Shown piece by piece: positions 1-12,100 of a stretch of DNA of 64,000 nt. Position 1 is the first letter of the stretch. Each line of letters begins with the position of its first letter. The notes under the pieces are model-generated. The model was given only the letters and a program-made list of their open reading frames with translations, was not told the origin of the DNA and made no database searches. The DNA comes from Ascidiella aspersa. Lineage: Eukaryota. The stretch covers positions 26,474,001 through 26,538,000 of the forward strand of contig OZ004611.1 in assembly GCA_963924565.1 (NCBI GenBank). The letters run 5' to 3'. The translations under genes and the position numbers were made by a program.

Positions 1-1
1 G

Positions 2-118
2 TTTGAACTCGTAGGCAATCGAGCAGTGATGAGTCGGGCTGAGTCGCGTGCGAGTAATACGAGTAAGATGTCGGCTTTGTCGAGACCCGGAACTCAAGCT
101 CGGATCGAAGTTGATGAG
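2..118 (+). CDS. EFCAB6: EFCAB6-like exon (5' end outside window)
   Basis: Open frame FELVGNRAVMSRAESRASNTSKMSALSRPGTQARIEVDE; donor GAG|GTATG, phase 0. Confidence 0.8.
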
Positions 119-3100
119 GTATGTTTATTGTTATTTAAACTGTTGACAAAGCACCGTAATCATTTAATCTCACAGTGAAATCAAATCCAAAGCTCTTTTT
201 CACTATTTGGAAAAAGTGACGTATATTTGTATTCGAGCAAACTTTAAACCATGAACACCCAGCATCCGTAATAATGTGATACAACCGGTATGTGGTTCGT
301 CTAAATCTGTGGTTCCCAACCAGGGGGGGATTTTGTAATTTGTAGGGGGGAATTTGTGTCACAATATTAATCAAATAGGGTACAAAGAGGCACAAAGAGG
401 AATATTAGAAGGTATAAAGCTTAAAATCGAGAGATTAATTTCTGTTCTAAGAATTACATTAAAATTATAATGTAAACGATATTTATAAAACTAAATTTCT
501 ATGGTTATTAGAAAGTCCGACATAAATGTAAAATACCTACATAGAAAAAGCAAGTGTGTTTAAGGACCGGGGCATTTTTTTGTAAAACGGTAAAAAGTAT
601 AGATGAAGCACGGCTGGAAACATTTCAACTTTATTTAACCTCCGCAGCTTGAAATGGCGCTCCGTAACAAGATACGCACCGGAGGATACTTCGCCATTCG
701 TCAAGCGTTTAAGAACAACGACCCCGAAGGAAAGGGCAACGTAACACGGGAAGCATTGCTTCACATCATTTCCACATTTCTCGGCAAAATGATCCCGTCA
801 AAGCTATTCCATCTTCTGCTAAAAAGGTAAGTCTTGTTGTGGTAAAACGAATACGGGAGTATCTTAACTTTAAGCGCAATTTTCAATTATATACTCAACA
901 GGTTTCTAAGGGTTTTAAAACTACTTTTAACGTGTCTAGGTTAAAACAAGACTGTGATTAATTCCATATTAAACATATTTATTTGCAGTTTGTAAGTTGA
1001 AAGGTAGGCCTGTCACGCCAAAATTGGTCCGGCCAAAACTGGTCCGGTCGGATCGATTTTGGCGTTGGAACAGCCGCTAAAACAGGTCTGGCTAGGGTTA
1101 GGGTTAGGCCGGACCAGTTTTGGCCTAGCCGGACCTGTTTTAGCGACTGTTCCAACGGCAAAATTGATCCGACTTTTAGTTCAAAACGGTCTATGAAGGT
1201 TCGAATATATACAAAATAGACAAACGTCTTTAACCGTACTTCTAAGCCTGTTTTGTTTTGATACGTCGCAGATTGCATTTGGAAAATCAGAGCATCGTCA
1301 AATTTGACGAATTCTACGCCCAGTTTCGCGAGAGCGTGTCTTCAGAATATCCGAGATGGTTGGATCCAATTGCGCGGATGCAAGCTGAACGATCAACCAT
1401 GTCAGCTAGCCAGGTAATGCTGGTGTATACGAATGCAGTTTATTGTCGATATTTTAATTTAATTGTTTTAAAAGGTTTGATTAGTTGTATTTCGAATTGG
1501 TCGAAATTGTCTCCGGCTACGAATTTTTGGTTTCAAAATATTAAGCCAAGATGTATCGTGCATGGATTTTTAACCGTGGCCCTCGCCCCGATGGGGGAAC
1601 GGAGTAGATTTCATGGCCCCAGCATATAATATTTCAAAACACTAGTCAGTTAAATCAAAATTGATGTTTTATTTTAATTATTATTTCTACTGTGACGTGG
1701 CGTATGTTTTTGAAACGTGAATATGGTGGCGGGATAAAATGTTCAGCACACATTAAAGAGGCTACCATCCTCAAAAGGACGAGTAGCCACTAGTGTAGTG
1801 GAGCCCGTACGGATTTGAAATATTTTTGTATTAAATTTATTATGACATATTTTTCTTTGTTGATTTCGCGCCAAGGGACACTCAAACATTTCGATTGCGC
1901 ACAGCATTTCCCGATTCAGCACATATATAATCCACGAATTAAAATGATATATATCGTTAATAGATATTTAATGTGCATTAATAATAGGCCGCTCAAATGT
2001 TTCGTAACGTAGGCGATGCAATCCAAAGCGTCTTTAAGTTTGGAAAATTTTTTTATAGAGAACATTTCGTTTAATTCAATATATAAACTGTTGCTACCAG
2101 GCATGGTAATATAAATCAAAAACAGCTCCTCTGGTAATTGTAATTGTTAACCAACGTTTCGGCAACCTATACAAGCCGCCTTCGTCAGGGTGATTGACAC
2201 TGAACGCTCGTACAATATTTCGTTTATTTGCTAAACAGTTGTTATAACCCGTGAAAATACGATAAATTTTGCACCCGAGTTGCTTTAAGAAAATAGCGTG
2301 AATTTATTTTTAGCATGAACTCTATATTGCTTTTACGCACATGTCTCTTCAATTAGGTTATTATATTGTTGAGATCTACACAATAACAAACACCGGTCTT
2401 TCGTAATCCATAACACAGTATTGAAACAATATTTATGTAGCTTTGATGCTACTCTTTAGGCCGTGCCACGAATAACGTTATAGCAATAAGGCGAACCGAC
2501 TCACAGAAACCTTGTAAACTTGGTTGAGCCTTTAAAGAGCTTGAGTCAACACTGGAAAACCACTTCAACAACACCCTTTGTGAAAACTGAATCGACTGTA
2601 TTTTCCTGGATTTTCTTCAAGGCAATATCCACAGTATGCTGTGTCCAGGCACATAATATTATCGTGCTTGAAGATTACAGGCTAAAATTGACCGATCGCG
2701 ATTTACGGATCGCGACAAATGCAATCACGACCCTGTTTCAACATAAATTGCTGTCTGCCTAGAGGCACACATTGAGTGCAAGCAATTTGCAAGTCATATC
2801 AATTTGGTAACTTGGTATGTTGCCTTTAAAGATGACGCCCTCTGAAAAGATTTGTACCGCTAAAATGATAAACGTTAACTCACAAGAAACAACGATCGAA
2901 AGTGTATTATTGCCTCGTAAACATGTCGCCGTTCTCGAAAGGAACACTGTACAAAGAGTAATATCACGAATGCATCGGATTAAAGACCAAATACGATGAG
3001 ACTAAGACAAAGTAGGGTCGCCTGTATTATATATTTTCCAATGACAGTCAATCATCTCATATTATTAGGTTTAATGGCTGTCAAAGTGGTATATCCTGTA

Positions 3101-6100
3101 AGTTGGAGTCCAACAATACTGTAAATGTGATACTGGGTGCATCAAATAACTGATTTTATACAACCGCGCTCACTAAGAAACGTTAAACATCTTTTAATAA
3201 AAACATCATTTAATTTAAGGCTTTTTCTATTAAACTAATGACATTCTCGTTACTAAACATGATGTTACGGCGGCTTTCTCAAAACAAGCGAAACAAGCTT
3301 TTAGGGTTTTAAAAGTGTCTCGTTACAATTTTACTGGGTCGCTTTGGGTGACTTAAATCCTCCGAATGTGTAAAGCCTTTTCAATAAAGTCTATTTACAA
3401 AACACACTTATCATTGAAGACTCAGCGTGCGCATGCGAATGGTGCCGGCTGGCAACGTCCAATTATTGTAATGGAAATCTTTTATTTGGTCACATGTAAA
3501 CTGCTTGTATATGATCCTCTTTTTTAGAAAGTATTATTTTGGTTTACTTTGGACGAACGTGTGCATAAACCACTCTAAATTCTGTACAAATGCACATAAA
3601 GGGCAAAATATTTCTCCACAATGCACGTAAAAGGCAAATTTTTCTCCTTTTTTATTGCTGCTCATGCTACTTTGCTTAACGTTCCGATTAGTAACATAGG
3701 TTATTGTTCATTCATATGGTTGTCGTCTGATTTTAATTTGCGAATAGAGGTAGCCTAGCGCTATTTTATGTACGTTTTGTTATTGAAGAATTTCATGACG
3801 TCAAAGTTTGCCACTTTCCAATCAAAACACTTTTGACAAGATCTGCTCTAATCATTTTTGATCTGCTCTAAACAAGATCTGCTCTAATCATTTTTAAGGA
3901 GTTCGTGTCTTTTTCGATCAGTAACATAGGCTAATGTTTTTCATATTGTTTTCATCTGATTTTGATTTACGAACAGGAAACAGCGCGCTATTTTATTTAC
4001 AGTATGTATCGTTACTAATTTATTTACGTCAATTTGTGCCACCTTTAAAAAAAAAATTTTAATTATCTTCCAATAGGTTAAAATTTCAGATACTTGACAA
4101 TTTATCCCGATATCGGAAAGTATCTCAATCTGACCTGACACTAAATTACATCATTACCTGTCTCATATAAGAAAAATAGTTTTTGTAGCTTGATAAAAAG
4201 TATATGGAAGGGTTAAGGGAAAAATAAGACTGTGTTGCTAAAATTAGAAAACGACCTCTGTTATAATAAGTTGTGCCTTTCCAGGTTCACGCCCAGTTAA
4301 AGGCCAAGACCAAGCAGAGGTTCCTTGACCTTGCCGACCTTGTGCCCCAAATGAACCCGGGCGGTTCCGGTCGGGTGATGGCGCCAGAGTTCAGGAACGT
4401 ACTTAACAAGCTCGGATTTTTTATGGACGACGTAGAATTCGAGAAACTTTGGAAGAGGTCGGTTTTAGGCTTTCAGTTTGATATTTTAACGATGACATTA
4501 TCAAAGTAATAAATGGTATAATAATTTAAAAAGTGTAAATCCTAAAAAAAATGGAAGTAAAATTTAGTTCTGGTTTGTGTGAGTCAAATAAGAGCATATT
4601 TCGTAAGGTTGAAATTTAATAGTTTAGTGAGTCATACTGGGGAAGTACACTAAAATCTAGTTGGTTGAGGGCAATAATCAAAATAAAACACCAAAATATA
4701 CAATCTCTCGTCCACTTATCTACTTCCTGCCAATGTTCAAAACGCCCCCACTATTAATAACAAATTTTAGTCGGTAATGCTCTTTAACAAATCGCTGTAT
4801 TAGGCTGTAATTACGGTGGAAATGTTGAAAATAAAATTTTGTTTTTCCAAAGACAAGCTCTCGAAAAACCGTGCATAGTTGGGACAACCTGGCATACAAA
4901 CCTTTTTGATAAATACCTTTGTTACACTGTAAACAGGATGCCACTCTTAAAAATCAATTTGTGTTTTAAGTTTACAAGCTTGTGTACAATCATGCTTAAT
5001 GAGTTCAAACTCACAATAGAATCTTTCTAAAACGTTTTACTTAAAGGCTTATTATATGGTATTTTTGTTCTATGGGGCTATTCGCTGGATTGTTCGTTTT
5101 GTTGTTTAAGAAGTGGCGATAAAATATATAAAAACGCTTTTTCCAGATACGACGAGGGTGGCCTTGGTGTTGTAAACGCTGAAAAACTGCTGAGGAAACT
5201 CGGAATCGAGTTCAGAGAATCTAGGACTCCGATGAAGAGCTTCGCTGACTCTGAAGAAATTATGCCGCGTCAAGATGTAGTTTTACCGCCATCAGCTCGT
5301 AAGTTGTTGTATTCAAGTAAAGTTAAACAACCCGGCCAATACTAACAACCCTACGATAAATTATCCCAAATACCAACTGCGTTACAATAAGAAATGGTCC
5401 CAAATAAATACACAATTTTAATAAATTCGTTTTTGTATTTCTTGCTGTATAAACGTTTTGTTTGGTCATTTGATCATTGTAGTTCGTTTGGATGGATACA
5501 GCGATTTACAGTAGCATACATTTCTAATCGATATCAGCGATTCAGTCTCCATTCGAATTCGCTGTCAATGAAACAGAGATTTCAAGTAGGCGCTTCACAA
5601 CAACAAGCAACTTGTCCTCGTTGCAGCATTTACCGGAAGATCACTGCCTAAAAATCTTGGAAAATAGGAATCTTAAAAAATTCAGAAACCAATATTTGGC
5701 TTCACAGGGTGAATTTTTAAAAACCTAACGTGCAATGCAATATAAGTAAACAAGCTCATATACAAATATGGGAATACAACTTTATGTTGAAAAATAACAA
5801 CTGAGTGATATGAAAACTTCTTCCTTTTTATACTACAATGTTTTAGGCATTAACTTCGGCCTTACGTCCTGATTAATATAAAAAATAATCTATTTCTGTA
5901 CTAATTTTGTTTTATCCTAATGCGTGTCTTATTCCAGCGTCTACTGGAAGATCACTAAAGCCGAGCGAGATGCGGCGACGCACTTCAATTGACATCGAGA
6001 AGTGGATCAAGGAAAAGTTCAGGCAGGGATTCCAGGAAATGAAGGCCGAGTTCAGGAAGGGGGATCCCCAAAACACGCGCAAGGTTTGTTCCGAACGCTC

Positions 6101-9100
6101 GTTGTAAAATTGGCAACTGAATTGTGTTTAGAGTAAATAGAAAGATAGGTGAAAGCAACATTAAACCTTGTAAATGTTAACTAATGTAAATTTATCTTAT
6201 AATTTAAAGTGCTTAGTTATAAGCTTCTGAATTTGTAAGCTCTTCTGCGATTAATTTTGCTAACCTGCTTTTAAAGTCAAACTTCCATGTTAAGTAAAAC
6301 GCAGAGTGCCTTATGAAAATCTTCACTTTTCTTAGACGTTTAATTTTAGTATTTAAAGTTTATTATTGCACTGAACATCAAGCGTTCTCGGGTCAACGCG
6401 CATACTGGATATTAGGTATTTACTTTTCCATTTACTTTTCCATTGGGATATTCCCTTTGCCAGTCAAAATACATTTTTTTTATTTATGAATGTTCATGGT
6501 TTAGGTTTCTGTCTAATGCTGCCGGCTAACTCGCTCTAAAAAGTCGGCGTTTCCATGTTGAAGGTGTAGTTACTTTATTTGTAACTTGGGTAAAAGCATA
6601 AAAAAAATCATCCCATTTCTCCGATATTTTAAACCCAATGTGTAATATTAAATGTATAGCGCGTTGCCTGATTTGTTTAACAAAGCAACCAACGTTATTT
6701 TTTGACTTCAAATCGCCGTAAACGTAAGCGTTTTTGCGCCAAACCACATTTTATTTTGTGCAACCGAAACAAAATCAGGTTTTGCTCTGACCTTTAACCT
6801 CTCCCCAGGTGTCACGTGACGTGTTCAGGCGCGTGCTCTCCCAGTTCGATCTGTATTTGCGCGACGACGCCTCGCTCAATATGTTCCTGGCAAGGTGCGG
6901 GTTGCCCGAGAGTGGCGAGATCAGCTATGCCGATTTCCTCAATAAATACCAGGATAGGAGCGAGACCGGTGTGGTCCACAACATCCTGTCTAACCCAAAT
7001 CACAGGTGAGTTTATAGATGATACATGTTAGGCGTGCGTGATTCAATTGGAAAGTTCTAGAAGCTATAATTCTAGTGTACATATAGCTAATAGACTGGTA
7101 CGTTTCAGTAGGGGTGCTATAGGAGTTACTGTAGTTTCATTTGTGGTTTAATGAGGGAAACTAGATAAGTTTTTTAAGATATTTACTGGACTCTCCTGTT
7201 TTTGAAGTAGTGTTATAAGTTAAACTGGTTTTAACCGCAAGTAATTTCATGCTTAGTAATATACGTTTTATCTGCTACTTGCGCGTTCCTCTTAAGAGTG
7301 CCCTGCGACTATTGCATGTCAACCAAATGCGAACTCCCGGATGAAACATGTCTGAATTGTGTGTTTCAGTGTTTCAGAGTGTTTTGAGGGAATCTAGTTT
7401 TAACCGGAAGTGAATTGAAGAATATTGATATCTATTATAATCGCGCAATTTTGTGAAAAGCTGCCCTGCAACTTTCTTACGTTAACTAAATGCGAATTCA
7501 CGAATGATACATGCTAGACTTATGTGATTCAAAAGAAAGTTCTGGAAGAAGCAAATTTTAGTCAAGATAGCTGACTTGGGCATTTTAATAGGAGTGCTGT
7601 ATGGGTTAGTATAGTTCTTTTTCATTTTTTGAGGGGTTAACCAATTTCAAGGGTGAACTTAGTAAAGATATTTGTTGAACTTGCGTGTTTTACATGGAGT
7701 GTTCTGAGGGAATGGAGTTTTATCTAGAGCAATTTTAAGAATAATGATATCTATTACACCTACGCGTTCCTGTGTTAAGACGCTCTGCGACCAATGTTAT
7801 GTCAACCGAAATAGAACTCACGGATGAAACAAGTAACAATCATTCCATGGAGAGTTCTGCGAGAAACACAGCAAAAAATTATTCACAATTAAACTATTTT
7901 CACCTAAATTGTCTCTAGGCGAAGGGTAATGAACAGTCGTGGTATTAAACATATTCGTCAGCGATCTAGACTTGCGCCTTTTATCTCCTCCTAGATTCAA
8001 CAAGAACCCGCGAGCGGTCAGTCCCAAGTCGACGGTGACGGCTGTGGAGGCGAGGATGATGACGCTCTTCCAGTCCGACTTCCTCGCGCTCCTCGGCATC
8101 TTCCACAAGATCGACAAGCACCACCAGGACGTCATTTCACAGCAGGAGTTCAGGGCAGCCATCGAGAGCAGGTCAGGAATAAATGACATTAAAGAGTTTT
8201 TTTGTTTAAAGTGTTTTTTTACCTTGACCCCAAAACGACTACAATCAAATTAGCAGAGATTCGAATACCCAGTAGCCTACCTATTACTTATATTTAACGC
8301 AAAATTATATATTTTCATTTTTTAATAAATTAACCTTTTTCACGTTCCCCCAAAGCAACAAAAATCAAAATAGCAGAAATTATAATACCCATGACTTATA
8401 TTTCACGCAAATGTTTGAAAGGTTTACTATAATTTACCAAAGTGGGTTATATTGAGAATAGGTATCTTTATCATGGATAAAACGCCCTGAACTCGAAAAA
8501 AATAAAATAAATCTTATTTAGCTGGGTTTTTTCCTTTTGCAAATTGCTTGTACCTTTTGGTAAAACAAACTCGACTTTACACTGAAAACTTTACAAGATT
8601 TATATATATATATGTATATTAATCAAAGTATTCTTTCGAATAACAAAATCTGCCTGAATCCGAATGGTGAAAACAAACGATTTTGATTGCACATCAATGT
8701 TAAAGATCAAACTAAGTACAGACCTTAATAAACCGAAAATCAGTTTCTTTTATGTATATATTTATCTTTTTATAACATACAAACAAATTGATTTTCGGTT
8801 TACTAAGGTCTGTACTTAGTTTGATCTTTATATATGTATTTCTAAGAAATCTCGACAGACAGTTTAGTGTTGGATCGCAAGAATATATTTTCATTGGAAA
8901 TTTAGCTTGACTGTTACTTTTCTGACTGAAATTTATTCCAGGTTTCAGCTTGAAATGAGTGACGGCGAATTCGACATTTTCTTGGAGCAAGTTCCACTAA
9001 ACGAGGAAGGAGACGTAAAATACACAGAGTTCATGGCACAATTCGACACAAAGTAAGATTTCAATGATTGCATCGTAGGAACACTAAAATTTTCGAATGG

Positions 9101-12100
9101 ATTGGTGTAGTTTAAAATTGCTAAAATATCGATCATAACGACAATAATACAAAAACGAAAATTTTGACCGAATTAATTAAAAACCGTGGAAGCAAGATGT
9201 ATTCTGCTTTAAATTGGCAAACTGCAAATGCAAACCACATCGCGTTAAAGTAAGCCACATTACATTTATTACTGCAACTTGTTTCAACTTTTTATTGTAA
9301 AAATCAGTAACTTTAACTTCAAAATTAACAAAATTTAACGACCTTGTGGACACAGTGTCGCGTTCCTTAAAACATATTTCTGTAAAAATAACAGTTTACC
9401 AGGCAATTAATAGCAACACTGACTTTATTCCGATATGCCCACAAAACCACCACTGGTCATTGAAAAAGGGTAGGCTATAGTTATATTTAATAGAAAAGTA
9501 TTGCACAGACAGACCTCTTTTTAATTTTTCGAACGAGATATTTGTTACTTTATGACAAAAAACAAATATGTGCAATGTTCAATTCACAGACAAGGAGCAA
9601 AAAGTCTCTGGGATGCTAAGTCAGTGGCTTCACGAAGAAGAACCAAGCCGCTGGGTGGCGCTGCTGCTGTCGCAGCTGGAGAAAGGTAATTTCCCTTTTC
9701 ATATAAAGTCCCTTGATTCTCTATTTTTTTTTCATATAAAGTCCCTTGATTCTCTATGAATGTGATGCTTCCCTTATAATGTCGTACTGACCAACATTAT
9801 AGGCACATCACTTGTTTACACGTTTTGGCCGACGTCATAAGTTCAAAACTCATAGCAGGCTAGATTTTTTTAGCCATGTCTTGCTGTCACTAAACACTAA
9901 ACCCTGGTCGACTGATATCGGTAAAGCCATTTTAAAGGCATCCGGTATATTAACTAATCGGGTTTTAATTGTTATACTACACCTAAGATCTTTGACTGCA
10001 AAATGTTCAAAGATCATCGTTCAAAAATGTTATTTCAGGACAATCGACAATCTTCATGACATCCTTCGTGATATCGTGAGAAACGACATGAACAAGCTCG
10101 AGAGCGAATTTCGTGAGCTGGATGAGTACAACAGCGGGCGTCTCACGCAAGAGATGATGTATCAACTTCTCACCAAGTAATTTTATGATTTTTTGCTTGG
10201 AGCATAATGGTTAAACGTTGTAGTAAGACGTAGTAAAATCCCAATACAGAACATTTTTTAATGTCTCAATTTATTTTCAACAATGTGAGGGAGCACTGAT
10301 TCTAATAGAAGTATAATTTACTGATAGAAGTATAATTTACTGCCAAGGCAGACTACCGAAACAAAGGAAACAAGGAAAAATACACTATAAAAACCTGGGT
10401 AGTTAGTATAGGTAATGTTTTCTGTTTTGATTTTGATTTTGAACGGAATACTAAAAAAAGCTTAACTGAGATTTTGCATTAAAATGGAGTATAAAACGTT
10501 GTATAACAGCATTTAAAAACTACATTTTACGTAATCATTGCAATAGAAAAAGCGAAAAAATGTGTCAATTTTTACCTAACGCGGGTCGTAATTAAAACAG
10601 TAATATAACTTTTTTGACATGAATATATAACCTTCACGCGAATACTTTATATATATATTCATTAGCTGGTGTCGGAATATTTTGTAACAGTAATATTATT
10701 TTGTTTAGTTTTAAATAAGTTCCCTGGATTAGGTCGTATATTTCGCGACCCGCGGCATTTTTTTGTCAATTCTTTTGGGCACAAAACAATTTTTTCTTTT
10801 GTCAGAATGACGATCAACCCTCCGGTTACGAGAGGCGAAATTCGTCGGCTTTGGGAAACCTTCATCGTCAACAAAAACAGGACCCTCAACTTTCACCAGA
10901 TGGTTCGTCACTACGGCTACTCGCTAAAGTGAGTACTCTAGTAACTCTCAGACGCAAGTGATTGTTATGTCTAAGAGCTGTGTTGCAATTGTTGATATTT
11001 ATTAAAGTGCCTACTTGTTCTGAGCAGTAGGTTTTATTTAACTGTTGTAAATCACAAGCAGTTGCGTTTTGTTCTCCTTTATTTGCTATTACATTAAGCG
11101 ATTTGCAATTTTACAACACGTAATAGGTTCACTTTGTTTTTATTAACATGCAACAGCAATAAAACGTTTTCTGATTTAATTGACAATACATTTTATCTGA
11201 CTTTGACTAATGCTCTAATTAATAAGCATAGTGTCCTAAATCATTAAAATGCATGTGCGTACAACAGTGATCTATGACCTTATTTGATCAACTGATTTCG
11301 GTTAGCTTCTATAAAGGCTCCTAAAGTATGATAAACACGTTCCGGAAATAAACGTTTAGATAACATATCCTTTTGTCGCCACAAGCGCGAATTAACACGG
11401 TAGCAAGATAAACGAGGAATAAAACATATAATGACTATCAGTTGACGCCGTAGATATTACGAATCCAAGTTACAAGTAACACTGGGAAAAACTACATAAC
11501 AAACTAAACACGACTGAATGCAAACAGTGCGAACAGAACCCGAGCAATGCGAAATGCAACAAAAGCTATACATTTCAAACAAAAGGAAAATAACGAATTC
11601 CGCGCCAGAAAGTAATAAAGTATTAACTCATAAAAACTGCATATTAGCTGTATTTACTTTTTAATTTAAATTATACATTTCCAGTTAGTGAACAGCAATG
11701 CATTTGTTTGCTTGTACAGATCAGCAGCATTCCCGAACGCCAAGGTGGTGCCACCACAGAGAGGTGATAACGACTTTATGGTGAGATCCAGGAAGTTGAA
11801 CTGCGCTGCCGATATGCTCGAAGACAACCTCAGAGCTAAGGTGGGTCTGAAATACTTGGACCGATTCAACCACGCTTGGAAAAATCCCAGTTTCGTTCGA
11901 TGCATCAAATAAAAAGCGATTTAAAATAAAGCGAATGCTTCTAAGGAATAAAAATTTGCCAATCAGATATATTCAACGCACATTAAACTGCTGTGGTATA
12001 CTTTAATATTGTTTGGAGTAACCACTATGAGACGAAGTATCAACCAACTTTAAGTTAATTAAACTCTTAAAAGGCATTTTTATAGAAACTGTGTGTATTA

